Part shown: positions 10,197-19,713 of the stretch, one piece after another | Position numbering within the stretch: position 1 is the first letter of the stretch | Layout: every line of letters begins with the position of its first letter | From: Bacteroidota bacterium | GTDB lineage: Bacteria > Bacteroidota > Bacteroidia > AKYH767-A > 2013-40CM-41-45 | Direction of reading: 5' to 3' | Assembly: GCA_031385005.1 (NCBI GenBank) | Contig: JANNBB010000026.1 | Coordinates: 35,669 to 99,668, forward strand | Length of the DNA: 64,000 nt | Notes under the pieces: generated by a model | What the model was told of the DNA's origin: nothing | Databases searched by the model: none | The model's input: only the letters and a program-made list of their open reading frames with translations | Made by a program: the position numbers and the translations under genes

Positions 10197-11385
10197 CGTT
10201 ATCGCTTTGTGAAGCATTCTTAGATGCTTTTTTACTTCCGCTATACAAATCAAATTTTAATAACCTGCATTCCAATGAACCATTATATAATTGAATTTTT
10301 CTTGAAGCATGTAAACCGATTTTCTTAGCGGCTTCCTGATTGGCCGTTAATATCCAACCTGTACTTCCTTTGTATTTCTTTTTCAACTGATCACCAATAT
10401 AGCTATACAATTCAAGCAAATCATTATCCGTAATTCGTCCACCGTAAGGAGGATTGGAAATGATTGTCTGAGCCATTTCCGGTGGCGTATAATCTTCAAA
10501 GCGCATATTATGAAATTGAATATCATTCAACACAGAAGCCGCACGCGCATTCTCTTTTGAATCCGCTATGGCCTGAGCCGACTTGTCAATTCCGGTGATC
10601 GGAAAAGTGAGGTTGGGCTTTTGTGCACTTCGCGCCTGATCGGTAACGCTGTCCCACAACGATGCATCAAAATCATTCCATCTTTCAAAACCAAATTCCT
10701 TTCTCAATATTCCGGGTGCTATATTTCTGGCAAGCATGGCTGCTTCAATAAGTATCGTTCCTGTTCCACACATGAAATCCGTCAACGGTGATTGTCGATC
10801 CCAACCACTCAATAACACCAATCCTGCTGCTAATGTTTCATTCAGAGGTGCTTCACCTTGTTGCTGCCTGTACCCTCTTTTGTGTAAAGAATCACCGGAA
10901 CTGTCGATGGAAATGGAAGCCACATTGTCGGATAAATGTACATTCACACGTATTTTCGGATAGCGCAATTCTACATTCGGTCTTTTACCTGTCTTCTCTC
11001 TAAACTGATCTACAATTGCATCCTTCGTCTTCAACGAAACATACAAAGAGTGAGTCAGGTTGGATTTTATTGTAACAGCATCAACTGCCAGGGTATCATC
11101 GGCAGACAACATCTGACTCCAGTCAATTTTTTTAATCCCATCATACAATTCTTGTTCGTTCGATGCCGGAACGGAAACAACCGGTTTCAAAACACGAAGT
11201 GCGACTCGACTGCACAAATTAACGCGATACATGGTTTCAAGATCTCCGGTAAAAAAAACAGCACGTGTTCCTTTTTTTATATCCGTCGCACCCATGGTTT
11301 GTAATTCAGCCATCAGCAAGTCTTCAAAACCGAAAGATGTTTTTGCAATCAATGGAAATGTTTTCATAATCGCTTTGTTAGCCAA
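10186..11385 (-). CDS. THUMP domain-containing class I SAM-dependent RNA methyltransferase (RlmL/UPF0020-like)
   Basis: N-terminal THUMP-like region, NPPYG catalytic motif (IISNPPYGGR), and a SAM-binding glycine motif (FMCGTGTILIEAA). Confidence 0.8.
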   Translation of the reverse strand: MANKAIMKTFPLIAKTSFGFEDLLMAELQTMGATDIKKGTRAVFFTGDLETMYRVNLCSRVALRVLKPVVSVPASNEQELYDGIKKIDWSQMLSADDTLAVDAVTIKSNLTHSLYVSLKTKDAIVDQFREKTGKRPNVELRYPKIRVNVHLSDNVASISIDSSGDSLHKRGYRQQQGEAPLNETLAAGLVLLSGWDRQSPLTDFMCGTGTILIEAAMLARNIAPGILRKEFGFERWNDFDASLWDSVTDQARSAQKPNLTFPITGIDKSAQAIADSKENARAASVLNDIQFHNMRFEDYTPPEMAQTIISNPPYGGRITDNDLLELYSYIGDQLKKKYKGSTGWILTANQEAAKKIGLHASRKIQLYNGSLECRLLKFDLYSGSKKASKNASQSDNDEK

Positions 11386-12488
11386 CCTTTTTTATAAAAA
11401 AACACTATTTGAAAAATCACTATTAACAACATTACTAAACAAACGACCAGATATCCATGAGGACTATAAAGTTCCGGCATGTTCATCGGGAGGTCTGCGC
11501 CGGTTTTAGGATCGTGTCGGGCGAAATTCATTCCATACAACCCAACAATAAACGTAAGCGGTATAAAGATCGTCGAAATAATTGTCAATACTTTCATTAC
11601 CTGATTCAGCCGGTTACTCACAGATGACTGATAAATATCCATATGCGAAGCTGTGACTTCTTTGTAACTCTCGACCAGATCCAATAATTGAATGCAATGA
11701 TCATAGGTATCTCTGAAGAATACTTTGGTTGAGTCCTTAATCTCCGGCAATAAAGAGCGCAGGATATCGTTTATTTTATCTCTTTCCGACCAAATAGTCC
11801 TACGAAGTAAGATTAAATCACGCTTAACCTGCAATACTTTGTTCAGGGATTCGTGAGATGGATTCGAAATAAGTTCGTCCTGTAAATCATCTAACTGATC
11901 GCCTGTTTTCTCGAGAATCGGATAATAATTATCAACAACAATATCCATGAGTGAATAAACCAAATAATCACAACCTGAACGACGCAGATAACCTTTCCCT
12001 AAACGAAGTCTTTCACGTACCGGTTCCAGAATATCGTCATATTGATCTTGCAGAGAGATGACATAATTTTTTCCCAAAAACAAACTTAGCTGATCATTGC
12101 AAATGGTGTTTTCATTCATGCGTAATACACGGGAAATAAAAAAAACATGTCCCGAATATTCTTCAATTTTAGGTCGCTGGTAAACATTTACCACATCTTC
12201 CATCTGTAAACGATGAATGCCGAAAAAATCAGCCAATTGTTCGAGAAAATTCCTGTTACTGAAACCCTTAATATCGAACCAATGGTTTTTGTCCGGAAAT
12301 TGTTCGAGTTGCCTTTTTATTTCCTCCAGCGTTGTCAATTCCGTCTCTTGCAGACTGAATTCTGTATAACAAAAGGACCGTATGGATAATTTTAAAGCAT
12401 CATCCGGAATATTTATTACACCGGGAGCTGAACCCGGTGGGGATCTTTTAATTAGCCTGGATCGCCTGTTTCGCGCGTGTTTTCTCAT
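11364..12488 (-). CDS. corA: Magnesium/cobalt transporter CorA
   Basis: GMN signature within LYGMNFARHD, followed by two C-terminal TM helices. The 3' end overlaps the downstream methyltransferase gene by 22 bp. Confidence 0.85.
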   Translation of the reverse strand: MRKHARNRRSRLIKRSPPGSAPGVINIPDDALKLSIRSFCYTEFSLQETELTTLEEIKRQLEQFPDKNHWFDIKGFSNRNFLEQLADFFGIHRLQMEDVVNVYQRPKIEEYSGHVFFISRVLRMNENTICNDQLSLFLGKNYVISLQDQYDDILEPVRERLRLGKGYLRRSGCDYLVYSLMDIVVDNYYPILEKTGDQLDDLQDELISNPSHESLNKVLQVKRDLILLRRTIWSERDKINDILRSLLPEIKDSTKVFFRDTYDHCIQLLDLVESYKEVTASHMDIYQSSVSNRLNQVMKVLTIISTIFIPLTFIVGLYGMNFARHDPKTGADLPMNMPELYSPHGYLVVCLVMLLIVIFQIVFFYKKGWLTKRL

Positions 12489-12616
12489 TCAATTACTAAA
12501 GGCATAAAAATATATACAAAACAAGCATTATTAATCAATTAGAATAAAAAGTTTTAACCATTCGTATAAATCTGTTACTTTGCTCTTTATCCATAAAGGA
12601 ATTAAAGTAACACTTA

Positions 12617-13384
12617 ATGACAATGATCTCGAAGGTTAAGCCACTGGTCTCTGAAAAAGCTGATTGGTTCGAAGACTGGTTTAACTCTCCCTATTACCAT
12701 ATTTTATATAAGAAAAGAGATGAAAGGGAAGCGGAAATTTTCCTCGATGCATTAATCAAATTCATACAACCCCAAACCGGAAGCCGGATTTTGGATGTCG
12801 CTTGCGGAAAAGGCCGTCATTCAATTTACCTGAATAAAAAAGGATTTGATGTGACCGGCTTTGATCTTTCTTCGGAAAGTATCAGGCACAATAAGAAATT
12901 TGAAAATGAAAACCTGACTTTCTATTTACACGATATGCGCGAAGTCTTTCGAAGCAATTATTTCGATTTGGTTTTGAACCTGTTCAGCAGTTTTGGGTAC
13001 TTCGAAAAAGAAAGAGACAATGTTCGATGCATCAATTCGCATACAACCGCTCTTAAAAAAAACGGAATATTTGTTTTCGACTACTTTAATGCGAATAAAG
13101 TCATTCAAGCAGGTGATTCCACTGCGAAAATTGTTGTCGACGAAATTAACTTTCAAATTGAAAAGTCGATTCAAAATGGCTTCGTATGTAAAAAGATAAC
13201 TTTTTCCGATAAGGGTAATTCTTATTCCTTTGAAGAAAACCTTCTACTTGCTCAAAGAAAGGATATCGAAAAATATTTTAATATCGAAGGACTGGAAATA
13301 TATAAACTTTTTGGAAGCTATGAGTTGGAAGCATTCGACGAACAAAAATCCGAACGACTAATCGTGCTGGCAAAGAAAAAATAA
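12617..13384 (+). CDS. Class I SAM-dependent methyltransferase
   Basis: Motif I ILDVACGKGRHSIYL, then an acidic loop FDLS. Confidence 0.75.
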   Translation: MTMISKVKPLVSEKADWFEDWFNSPYYHILYKKRDEREAEIFLDALIKFIQPQTGSRILDVACGKGRHSIYLNKKGFDVTGFDLSSESIRHNKKFENENLTFYLHDMREVFRSNYFDLVLNLFSSFGYFEKERDNVRCINSHTTALKKNGIFVFDYFNANKVIQAGDSTAKIVVDEINFQIEKSIQNGFVCKKITFSDKGNSYSFEENLLLAQRKDIEKYFNIEGLEIYKLFGSYELEAFDEQKSERLIVLAKKK

Positions 13385-13394
13385 TAAACTCTAT

Positions 13395-14108
13395 ATGTCG
13401 ATTTTCGCATACCTGCTATTATTTATAACAGTCATTCTGGGAGGTACTTCTTTATTTCTTTTTAAAAAGGTCTCTGCCGTATCTTTGAAACTACTTCTTT
13501 CTTTTAGCGGAGCGTATTTATTTGCTATCGCCGTTCACCACCTCATTCCCGAAGTATATAAATCAGGAGACGATAAAATCGGTATGTTTATTTTTCTCGG
13601 TTTTTTTCTCCAGATTATTCTCGAATTTTTTTCAGAAGGTATTGAACATGGTCATATTCACGTACACTCCAAACAAAATGCTGCATTTCCATATGGAGTC
13701 ATGACAGGACTTTGCTTGCATAGTTTTCTCGAAGGCATACCGCTTACTCAGAATTTTTCGGAACCCGGAGTACAACAATCGCTTTTAGCAGGCATAGTCA
13801 TGCACCACATACCTGTTGCACTTGCATTAATGACCATGCTCATGCAATCCGGACTAAAAAGGAATACGGCAATATTTTACCTGATTCTTTTTGCAGTTAT
13901 GGCTCCTTTGGGTGCCTTTTCAGGAAGTTTTCTGGGTCATTCCGATATCAATACTACTATTCTCTTTAATAGAATAATGGCAGTAGTAATCGGAATTTTT
14001 CTTCATATTTCTACTACCATACTTTTCGAATCAAACGAACAGCACAGGTTTAACATGAAAAAACTATTCATCATCATGCTTGGAGCCGGTATAGCATTAC
14101 TCACTTGA
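13395..14108 (+). CDS. ZIP family metal (zinc) transporter
   Basis: Polytopic membrane protein with His-rich motifs (EGIEHGHIHVHS, HHIPVALAL) characteristic of ZupT/ZIP transporters. Confidence 0.75.
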   Translation: MSIFAYLLLFITVILGGTSLFLFKKVSAVSLKLLLSFSGAYLFAIAVHHLIPEVYKSGDDKIGMFIFLGFFLQIILEFFSEGIEHGHIHVHSKQNAAFPYGVMTGLCLHSFLEGIPLTQNFSEPGVQQSLLAGIVMHHIPVALALMTMLMQSGLKRNTAIFYLILFAVMAPLGAFSGSFLGHSDINTTILFNRIMAVVIGIFLHISTTILFESNEQHRFNMKKLFIIMLGAGIALLT

Positions 14109-14122
14109 AAAAACTAAAGCAA

Positions 14123-14590
14123 TTATTTAATTGCTTTAACTGCCTCTTGAATGGCTTGCATATCCGGAAAATCGCCAGGACTAGCTAAAATCTGTGTGTA
14201 ACGAACGATACCCTCTTTATCGAGTACAAAGGTTGCGCGTTTTGCTACATCTTTATAACCGAAAGCAAAATCGTGATGAACGATATCATAAGCCTTAATT
14301 GTCTCTTTGTTGAAATCAGACAATAATGGATATTCAATTTTATTATCTTCAGTGAAACGCTTCAAAGCAAAAAATGTATCGACAGAAATGCCGACAACAG
14401 CAGCGTTCATATTGCCATATGCTTTATAATCTTCCTGAACCGTACACATTTCTTTGGTACAGTTACCTGTCCATGCCATTGGAAAAAAGAATAATACCAG
14501 ATTCTTTCCTCTGAAAGATTCGAGGGTTACTTCATTTTTATCTTTGTCCAGCAATTTAAAAGATGGCGCTTTTTGACCTACTTCAATCAT
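14123..14590 (-). CDS. Peroxiredoxin (redoxin/AhpC-TSA family thiol peroxidase)
   Basis: 155 aa with a peroxidatic Cys in the context FPMAWTGNCTKEMC and a thioredoxin fold. Confidence 0.75.
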   Translation of the reverse strand: MIEVGQKAPSFKLLDKDKNEVTLESFRGKNLVLFFFPMAWTGNCTKEMCTVQEDYKAYGNMNAAVVGISVDTFFALKRFTEDNKIEYPLLSDFNKETIKAYDIVHHDFAFGYKDVAKRATFVLDKEGIVRYTQILASPGDFPDMQAIQEAVKAIK

Positions 14591-14709
14591 AATTTATTTT
14601 TTTTGGTTTGCTGCAAAGATAGAATTAAGAAGCGAATTAATACGCATCCATTTTATGAAAATACACATCCCGCTTTATCTGAAACTTTTGCAGACTAATG
14701 GGTTAAACA

Positions 14710-15486
14710 CTAAAAATCAGACTTTTTCTTTTTTGCTTCATTCCAGTAAACGTCCATTTCGGCAAGAGTCATTTCGCTTAATGACTTACCCGATTTTTTT
14801 GCAGACTCTTCCAGGTATTTAAAACGATAAATAAATTTCTTATTGGTTCTTTCCAACGCTTCATCCGGATTGATGTTTTTAAACCTTGCATAATTAATCA
14901 GACTAAACAAGACGTCTCCAAATTCAGAAAGCGCTTCTTCCTGATTTCCGGATTCAGCGGCACTTTTAAACTCTTCAAGCTCTTCTTCTACTTTTTCCCA
15001 TACCTGCTCCGGCTTATCCCAGTCAAAACCGACACCTCTTGCCTTTTCTTGAATTCGTATAGCTTTAATAATGGAAGGCATCGATTTCGGGACACCATCC
15101 AAAACTGAAGTGTTTCCCTCTTTGAGCTTTAATTTTTCCCAGTTGCGCTTGACTTCTTCTTCATCAGCCACTTTAACATCCCCATAAATATGCGGGTGCC
15201 TGAAAATTAATTTTTCACATTGAGCATTGATTACATCTGTGATGTCAAAATCTTTTGTCTCTGAGGCAATCTTTGCATAAAAAATAATATGTAGTAAAAT
15301 ATCGCCCAATTCTTTTTTGATTCCTTGAAAGTCTTTATCGATAATCGAATCCGCCAACTCACAAGTCTCTTCAATTGTCAAATGCCTTAATGAATCCATC
15401 GTTTGTTTCTTATCCCAAGGGCAACCGGCTCTCAATTCATCCATAATTGTGGCCAGTCTTTCAAATGCTTTTGCTCGTTCTGTCAT
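14710..15486 (-). CDS. mazG: Nucleoside triphosphate pyrophosphohydrolase MazG
   Basis: Tandem MazG domains: CPWDKKQT...EETCELADSI and EELGDILLHI in the first, EEALSEFGDVLFSL in the second. Confidence 0.85.
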   Translation of the reverse strand: MTERAKAFERLATIMDELRAGCPWDKKQTMDSLRHLTIEETCELADSIIDKDFQGIKKELGDILLHIIFYAKIASETKDFDITDVINAQCEKLIFRHPHIYGDVKVADEEEVKRNWEKLKLKEGNTSVLDGVPKSMPSIIKAIRIQEKARGVGFDWDKPEQVWEKVEEELEEFKSAAESGNQEEALSEFGDVLFSLINYARFKNINPDEALERTNKKFIYRFKYLEESAKKSGKSLSEMTLAEMDVYWNEAKKKKSDF

Positions 15487-15618
15487 AACGTCAAAAATGC
15501 AAAAATCAATGGCAGCTTTTCACAAAAAGAAAAGAAAATATCAAAAGAATTAAGCACAATAAAACTCGCAAAAAAAACACCTGTATTACTACGGTTGAGT
15601 TTAATTACCTGAATCCAA

Positions 15619-17205
15619 TCAGCGACTGATAACCATGTTCCTTACCTGCTGTACGGAACCATTTTGCAACCGTGCATAATAGACTCCGGAGCTATAATTC
15701 TCATTTTCGAACCACAACTTATATGTCCCTGCAGCATACTCTCCATCTGCCAGCGTCTTAATTAAATGACCTTCATTGTCGAATATCTGAACAAGTGTAT
15801 GGCCTCCTGCTGTAGTAAAAGAAATATAAGTGCTTGATGTAAATGGATTCGGATAGTTCGAGATGAGGTTTATTCCTGCTGACTGGTTCAAATCATGAAT
15901 ACCTACGTTAGCACATGCTGTACTTTGAATAATCGGAAGTGTCTGGAAATTCTGCAATAAAATGCTGTTTAAATCCGTCGATGGAACACAGAACCAATCC
16001 TGTAAAACAGATGCATAAACAGAACGGAAATCGTATTGCATTGGCAGATTGTCGTTTGTTGATACGACAGGATCGATTACCGGATTGCTTCCTAAAATTC
16101 CGCTTTGAACATCTTTTCCAAATACAAACATCGGTGCTGCAGCGCCATGGTCCGTGCCCAAACTTGAATTGGAAACGATTCTTCTGCCAAATTCGGAAAA
16201 TGTCATTCCAAGTACACGATCTTCAATATTTAAAAATATCGTATCGTCCATGAATGCTGTAATGGCTTCAGAAAGTTTGGAAAGTAAATCGGCATGTTCA
16301 CCCGTAGTAGTTGTTGTATCGACCTGTGCAGAATGCGTATCGAAACCACCGAGGTTGACCATATAAATTTTTGTTTTCAATCCACCGGCAATCAGTCGAG
16401 CTACAATCTTAAGCTGATCTGCCAGAGAATTCGTTCCTGCTGTCGGATACATGGAAGATTGCTGAGTAATGTTATTGGCAGCAGCCATAATTACTGTCGA
16501 ATAAAGCGATGACTGTTGCGCAACCTGACGAATATAAGTGAGTTCCTTTCCCGCATTCGTATTGGGTGCCGGGTCTTGAACACCATTGATTAAATTATAA
16601 AAACTGGTAGGATCTGAAATAGCCATTCCCATGCTCGAAGCCGGACCTTGCAAAGCCATTGAAACCGTAGAACCGATTTGTATAGCCAGTGGATCCGGCA
16701 TGGTTGCATTCGGATATCCGGTTGGAAAATTCGGATATTCGTAATTAAGGTATCTACCACCCCATCCTGTAGCCAACACCTGATTTGCATCAGAACCGGT
16801 GAGCCAGATATCTGTTGCTCTGAAATGTGAAAAATTAGGAGAAGGATATCCTACTCCTTGTATAACATTCAATTTTCCGTCATTAAAAAGTTGTTGCATC
16901 CCCGACATCGAAGGATGAAAACCTGTTGCCGTATAACCATTCAATGCAAGAACCTGGGTATCCGGAATTAAAATGTTCGATCTCGCTTGCGATAAGTTCG
17001 TGTATTGATCGAGAGGAATTACTGTATTCAATCCGTCATTTCCTCCATTCAATTGAATCAGAATAAGCACGTGGTCATTCAGCGTAGCAGAATTTAACGC
17101 TTGCATCAACGGCGATCCTGCAAAAGCACGTACAGAAAATCCGCCTAATATGGATGGCAGTAAAGTGGCCGGCACCGTAGTGCGTAAAAAGTCTCTTCTT
17201 TTCAT
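15619..17205 (-). CDS. DUF1501 domain-containing protein with a twin-arginine signal peptide and a T9SS C-terminal sorting domain
   Basis: The N-terminus MKRRDFLRTT...AFAG is a Tat signal. The core is DUF1501 (sulfatase-like). The last ~80 aa (NYPNPFTSST...GVYYARLQNGSVQQVRNMVISR) is a T9SS type A CTD. Confidence 0.8.
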   Translation of the reverse strand: MKRRDFLRTTVPATLLPSILGGFSVRAFAGSPLMQALNSATLNDHVLILIQLNGGNDGLNTVIPLDQYTNLSQARSNILIPDTQVLALNGYTATGFHPSMSGMQQLFNDGKLNVIQGVGYPSPNFSHFRATDIWLTGSDANQVLATGWGGRYLNYEYPNFPTGYPNATMPDPLAIQIGSTVSMALQGPASSMGMAISDPTSFYNLINGVQDPAPNTNAGKELTYIRQVAQQSSLYSTVIMAAANNITQQSSMYPTAGTNSLADQLKIVARLIAGGLKTKIYMVNLGGFDTHSAQVDTTTTTGEHADLLSKLSEAITAFMDDTIFLNIEDRVLGMTFSEFGRRIVSNSSLGTDHGAAAPMFVFGKDVQSGILGSNPVIDPVVSTNDNLPMQYDFRSVYASVLQDWFCVPSTDLNSILLQNFQTLPIIQSTACANVGIHDLNQSAGINLISNYPNPFTSSTYISFTTAGGHTLVQIFDNEGHLIKTLADGEYAAGTYKLWFENENYSSGVYYARLQNGSVQQVRNMVISR

Positions 17206-17213
17206 GGTAAAGG

Positions 17214-18911
17214 TTATGAAAGTTGATATTCGGATAAATCCATTATGTACCTATAAAAACTCTGAAGACGCGACTTCACAATATTGTAATATGTTGTATT
17301 CGTCGGATCTCCAATATAATCATCCCAGGCATTCGTCCAATAATAATTACTGGTTTGGCCGGAAAGTAAAATTGACAACAAATACGCTTCCAACAATGGA
17401 GTTCCATCCAAGGCATAATGATAGGAAAGTACTTCGTCAATTAAAGCAATGGGATCGGAAGGATTGGTTAGTGTTTCCGTATAACCAACTACATCAATTA
17501 ATATGGTTTGCCCGTAGTTCGTATAACCATTTGCTGACATCCTATCAGTAAACTGATTTCTTTTGGGAAGTGTATCGGAGTTGATCCACAATTCGTGATA
17601 AGATGGTTCCTGATAATAGGCCTGAAAGCCTGCTACATTGGGAGGGTCGCCGATGTTTAATTGAAAATTAGAAGATTGAGATCTTAATTTATCCCAACTT
17701 GCGTATTGAGCAATAACATCTGTATTATCCGGAAAACCAACTTCAAATTCACGGGATAAACCAACAGTAAAATCAACAGGAGGTTTTATCAGACAAGCCC
17801 TGTTTAACACATCATAAAAGTGTTCGCTTTTAAATAATGCAGAAAGAACAGGTGCTATTTCATAATTATTTGTTCTAAAGATATTCGCAAGGGGCTGGAT
17901 GACATTTGTCTCAGTCGCTGAGTCAATTTCATAGTAAACAAACCATCGGTAAAATTTTCGGCAAACAAATTCTGCCACTTCATTGCGTGCAAATATCATA
18001 TTCATTAAATCATCAATTTCATTAGCCCCTGCAGTGCCGGATTGACCGGTTATTACTGCATTCCCATAAAAAGAAGAAAATTGCTTATTGCCTGCATCAT
18101 GTTTTGTCGGCATGAAATAAGAATTGTACCCATTTGCAGAACCTCCATTAGTAAGATCGAGTCGCCATCCTGTCAATACCCGTGCAGCTTCGCGTACATC
18201 ATCTTCCGTGTAATATGGATTCCCCATAGAATCCTTCCCAATAGTAAATAGCTCTTGTAACTCACGTGCATAGTTTTCATTGGGAGCAGCGGCTGTGTTT
18301 TTATCACCATTGAGGTATTTCAACATCGCACAATTTAGAGTAATCTGTTTGGTAAATTCTTTAAAATTACCAAGTGCATATTCTCTTAGCAAAGAATTGT
18401 ATTTGTAGATATAGGTTGATGAATCTATGATATCGAATTCTACAACAAAATGATTACTCCAGAAAAGAACCATTTTCTCCCTTAAACTTCTTGATTGATT
18501 CAGCATTTGTGAAATCCACCAGGATTTTAAACTTTTCATCCTGTAGAAATAGGTATAAATGGTAACGTTATTGGTATCCGGAGTAAAAGGCCAAGGCAAT
18601 CCGGCCGCACACTGAGGATCTGTCAACAGATTGTCGTAATTATTAACCGGATCAGGTGGTGGCGTATAAACGGGATGATTAATAAGCTCAATAAGCGTGT
18701 CAACTGAATCACTCATTCCAAGAGTTAAAAAAGTGTTGATATCTGCTTTAGTCGAACCAAACATCGTTCTTTTTAAAAGGTGCTTTGCTTCAGCAATAGT
18801 CCAAGACCCCGTATAGGGTGCTAGTCCTGTCATTGTCCGTGCAACGGAATCAAAACGCTGTCTCTGAGGTTTTGTTTGTGGTGTTTCTGATAGTAATTCA
18901 CGTCTTTCCAT
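17214..18911 (-). CDS. DUF1800 family protein
   Basis: 565 aa. Its position immediately upstream of and co-directional with the DUF1501 gene (8 bp gap) fits the conserved DUF1800-DUF1501 pair. Confidence 0.7.
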   Translation of the reverse strand: MERRELLSETPQTKPQRQRFDSVARTMTGLAPYTGSWTIAEAKHLLKRTMFGSTKADINTFLTLGMSDSVDTLIELINHPVYTPPPDPVNNYDNLLTDPQCAAGLPWPFTPDTNNVTIYTYFYRMKSLKSWWISQMLNQSRSLREKMVLFWSNHFVVEFDIIDSSTYIYKYNSLLREYALGNFKEFTKQITLNCAMLKYLNGDKNTAAAPNENYARELQELFTIGKDSMGNPYYTEDDVREAARVLTGWRLDLTNGGSANGYNSYFMPTKHDAGNKQFSSFYGNAVITGQSGTAGANEIDDLMNMIFARNEVAEFVCRKFYRWFVYYEIDSATETNVIQPLANIFRTNNYEIAPVLSALFKSEHFYDVLNRACLIKPPVDFTVGLSREFEVGFPDNTDVIAQYASWDKLRSQSSNFQLNIGDPPNVAGFQAYYQEPSYHELWINSDTLPKRNQFTDRMSANGYTNYGQTILIDVVGYTETLTNPSDPIALIDEVLSYHYALDGTPLLEAYLLSILLSGQTSNYYWTNAWDDYIGDPTNTTYYNIVKSRLQSFYRYIMDLSEYQLS

Positions 18912-19058
18912 GGGCGGGTAATTATCACTTCAAGACCAATAATTGAGTCGGAAGTTTAATGATGTTAATAATTTTCAAGAACAATATAGAAAAAATAAAA
19001 TACTTGACTATAGCAAATCCGGAAAATTATTGCAAAATATCAACAAATCAGTTTTAAT

Positions 19059-19097
19059 AAAAATCAAAAAGGCCAACCGTAAAAACACGGTTGGCCT
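19059..19097 (-). terminator. Rho-independent terminator downstream of apaG (minus strand)
   Basis: 9-bp GC-rich stem GGCCAACCG / CGGTTGGCC with an 8-nt loop. The transcript carries a U-run after the hairpin (complement of the plus-strand A-run 19059-19070). Confidence 0.6.
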
Positions 19098-19118
19098 AAA
19101 TGCTGTTGATCAGAAAGC

Positions 19119-19505
19119 TTAATTTAACTTATAAGGTACGATCATTTGAAATTCGGGGATTCGTACATAGAAATTCTTTTTGTCAATTAAACGCTCCATT
19201 AAATAAGTCCCATACATTTTACCAATTTCAGAATCCAGATTGCAGCCGGAAATGTATTGAAAAGTTTCACCCGTTCCGATTATCGGCTGTTCTCCAATTA
19301 CACCTTCTCCTTCTACTTCGCTATTCGTACCATTGGAATCAACAATGAACCAATGTCTGCGAGTTAAACGAATCGAGTAATCACTATTGTTGGTTATCGA
19401 AATGCGATAAGCAAAAATATGTTGATTGAGGTGTGAATTACTCTGGTCGGGTCTGTAAAAAACCTCAACACTTACCTTAATACCGGATGTAACTTGTGTA
19501 ATCAT
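19119..19505 (-). CDS. apaG: ApaG (DUF525) domain protein
   Basis: The protein begins MITQVTSGIKVSVEVFYRPDQS and contains RHWFIVDSNG, which is the canonical ApaG fold. The internal Met start is preferred. Confidence 0.8.
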   Translation of the reverse strand: MITQVTSGIKVSVEVFYRPDQSNSHLNQHIFAYRISITNNSDYSIRLTRRHWFIVDSNGTNSEVEGEGVIGEQPIIGTGETFQYISGCNLDSEIGKMYGTYLMERLIDKKNFYVRIPEFQMIVPYKLN

Positions 19506-19713
19506 AAATTCTGGAAACAAAGAACCAATGTACGAAAGCAATTAGAACAGGTGGTAATAAATTTGACCAATGGGCTGATTTATTTGGTGAAAGAATGCAG
19601 TTCTTACGTATTTTAATCGTACAGAAAATATGACTATAAAATGACGATCAAAAAAAGCAATGAATTCGACTTTTAGGTAACTTTGCAAACTTTAAAATTT
19701 TCTTCTTTCAAAA

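Noticed and set aside
14116-14137. Perfect 10-bp palindrome AAAGCAATTA/TAATTGCTTT between convergent ZIP and peroxiredoxin genes
   Set aside because: The loop is only 2 nt, and the 3' half lies inside the peroxiredoxin coding sequence and its stop codon. There is no flanking U-run. It may still contribute weakly to termination but is not a clear intrinsic terminator.
17150-17551. 133-aa plus-strand ORF spanning the DUF1501/DUF1800 junction
   Set aside because: It is antisense to two well-supported genes and has no domain features.
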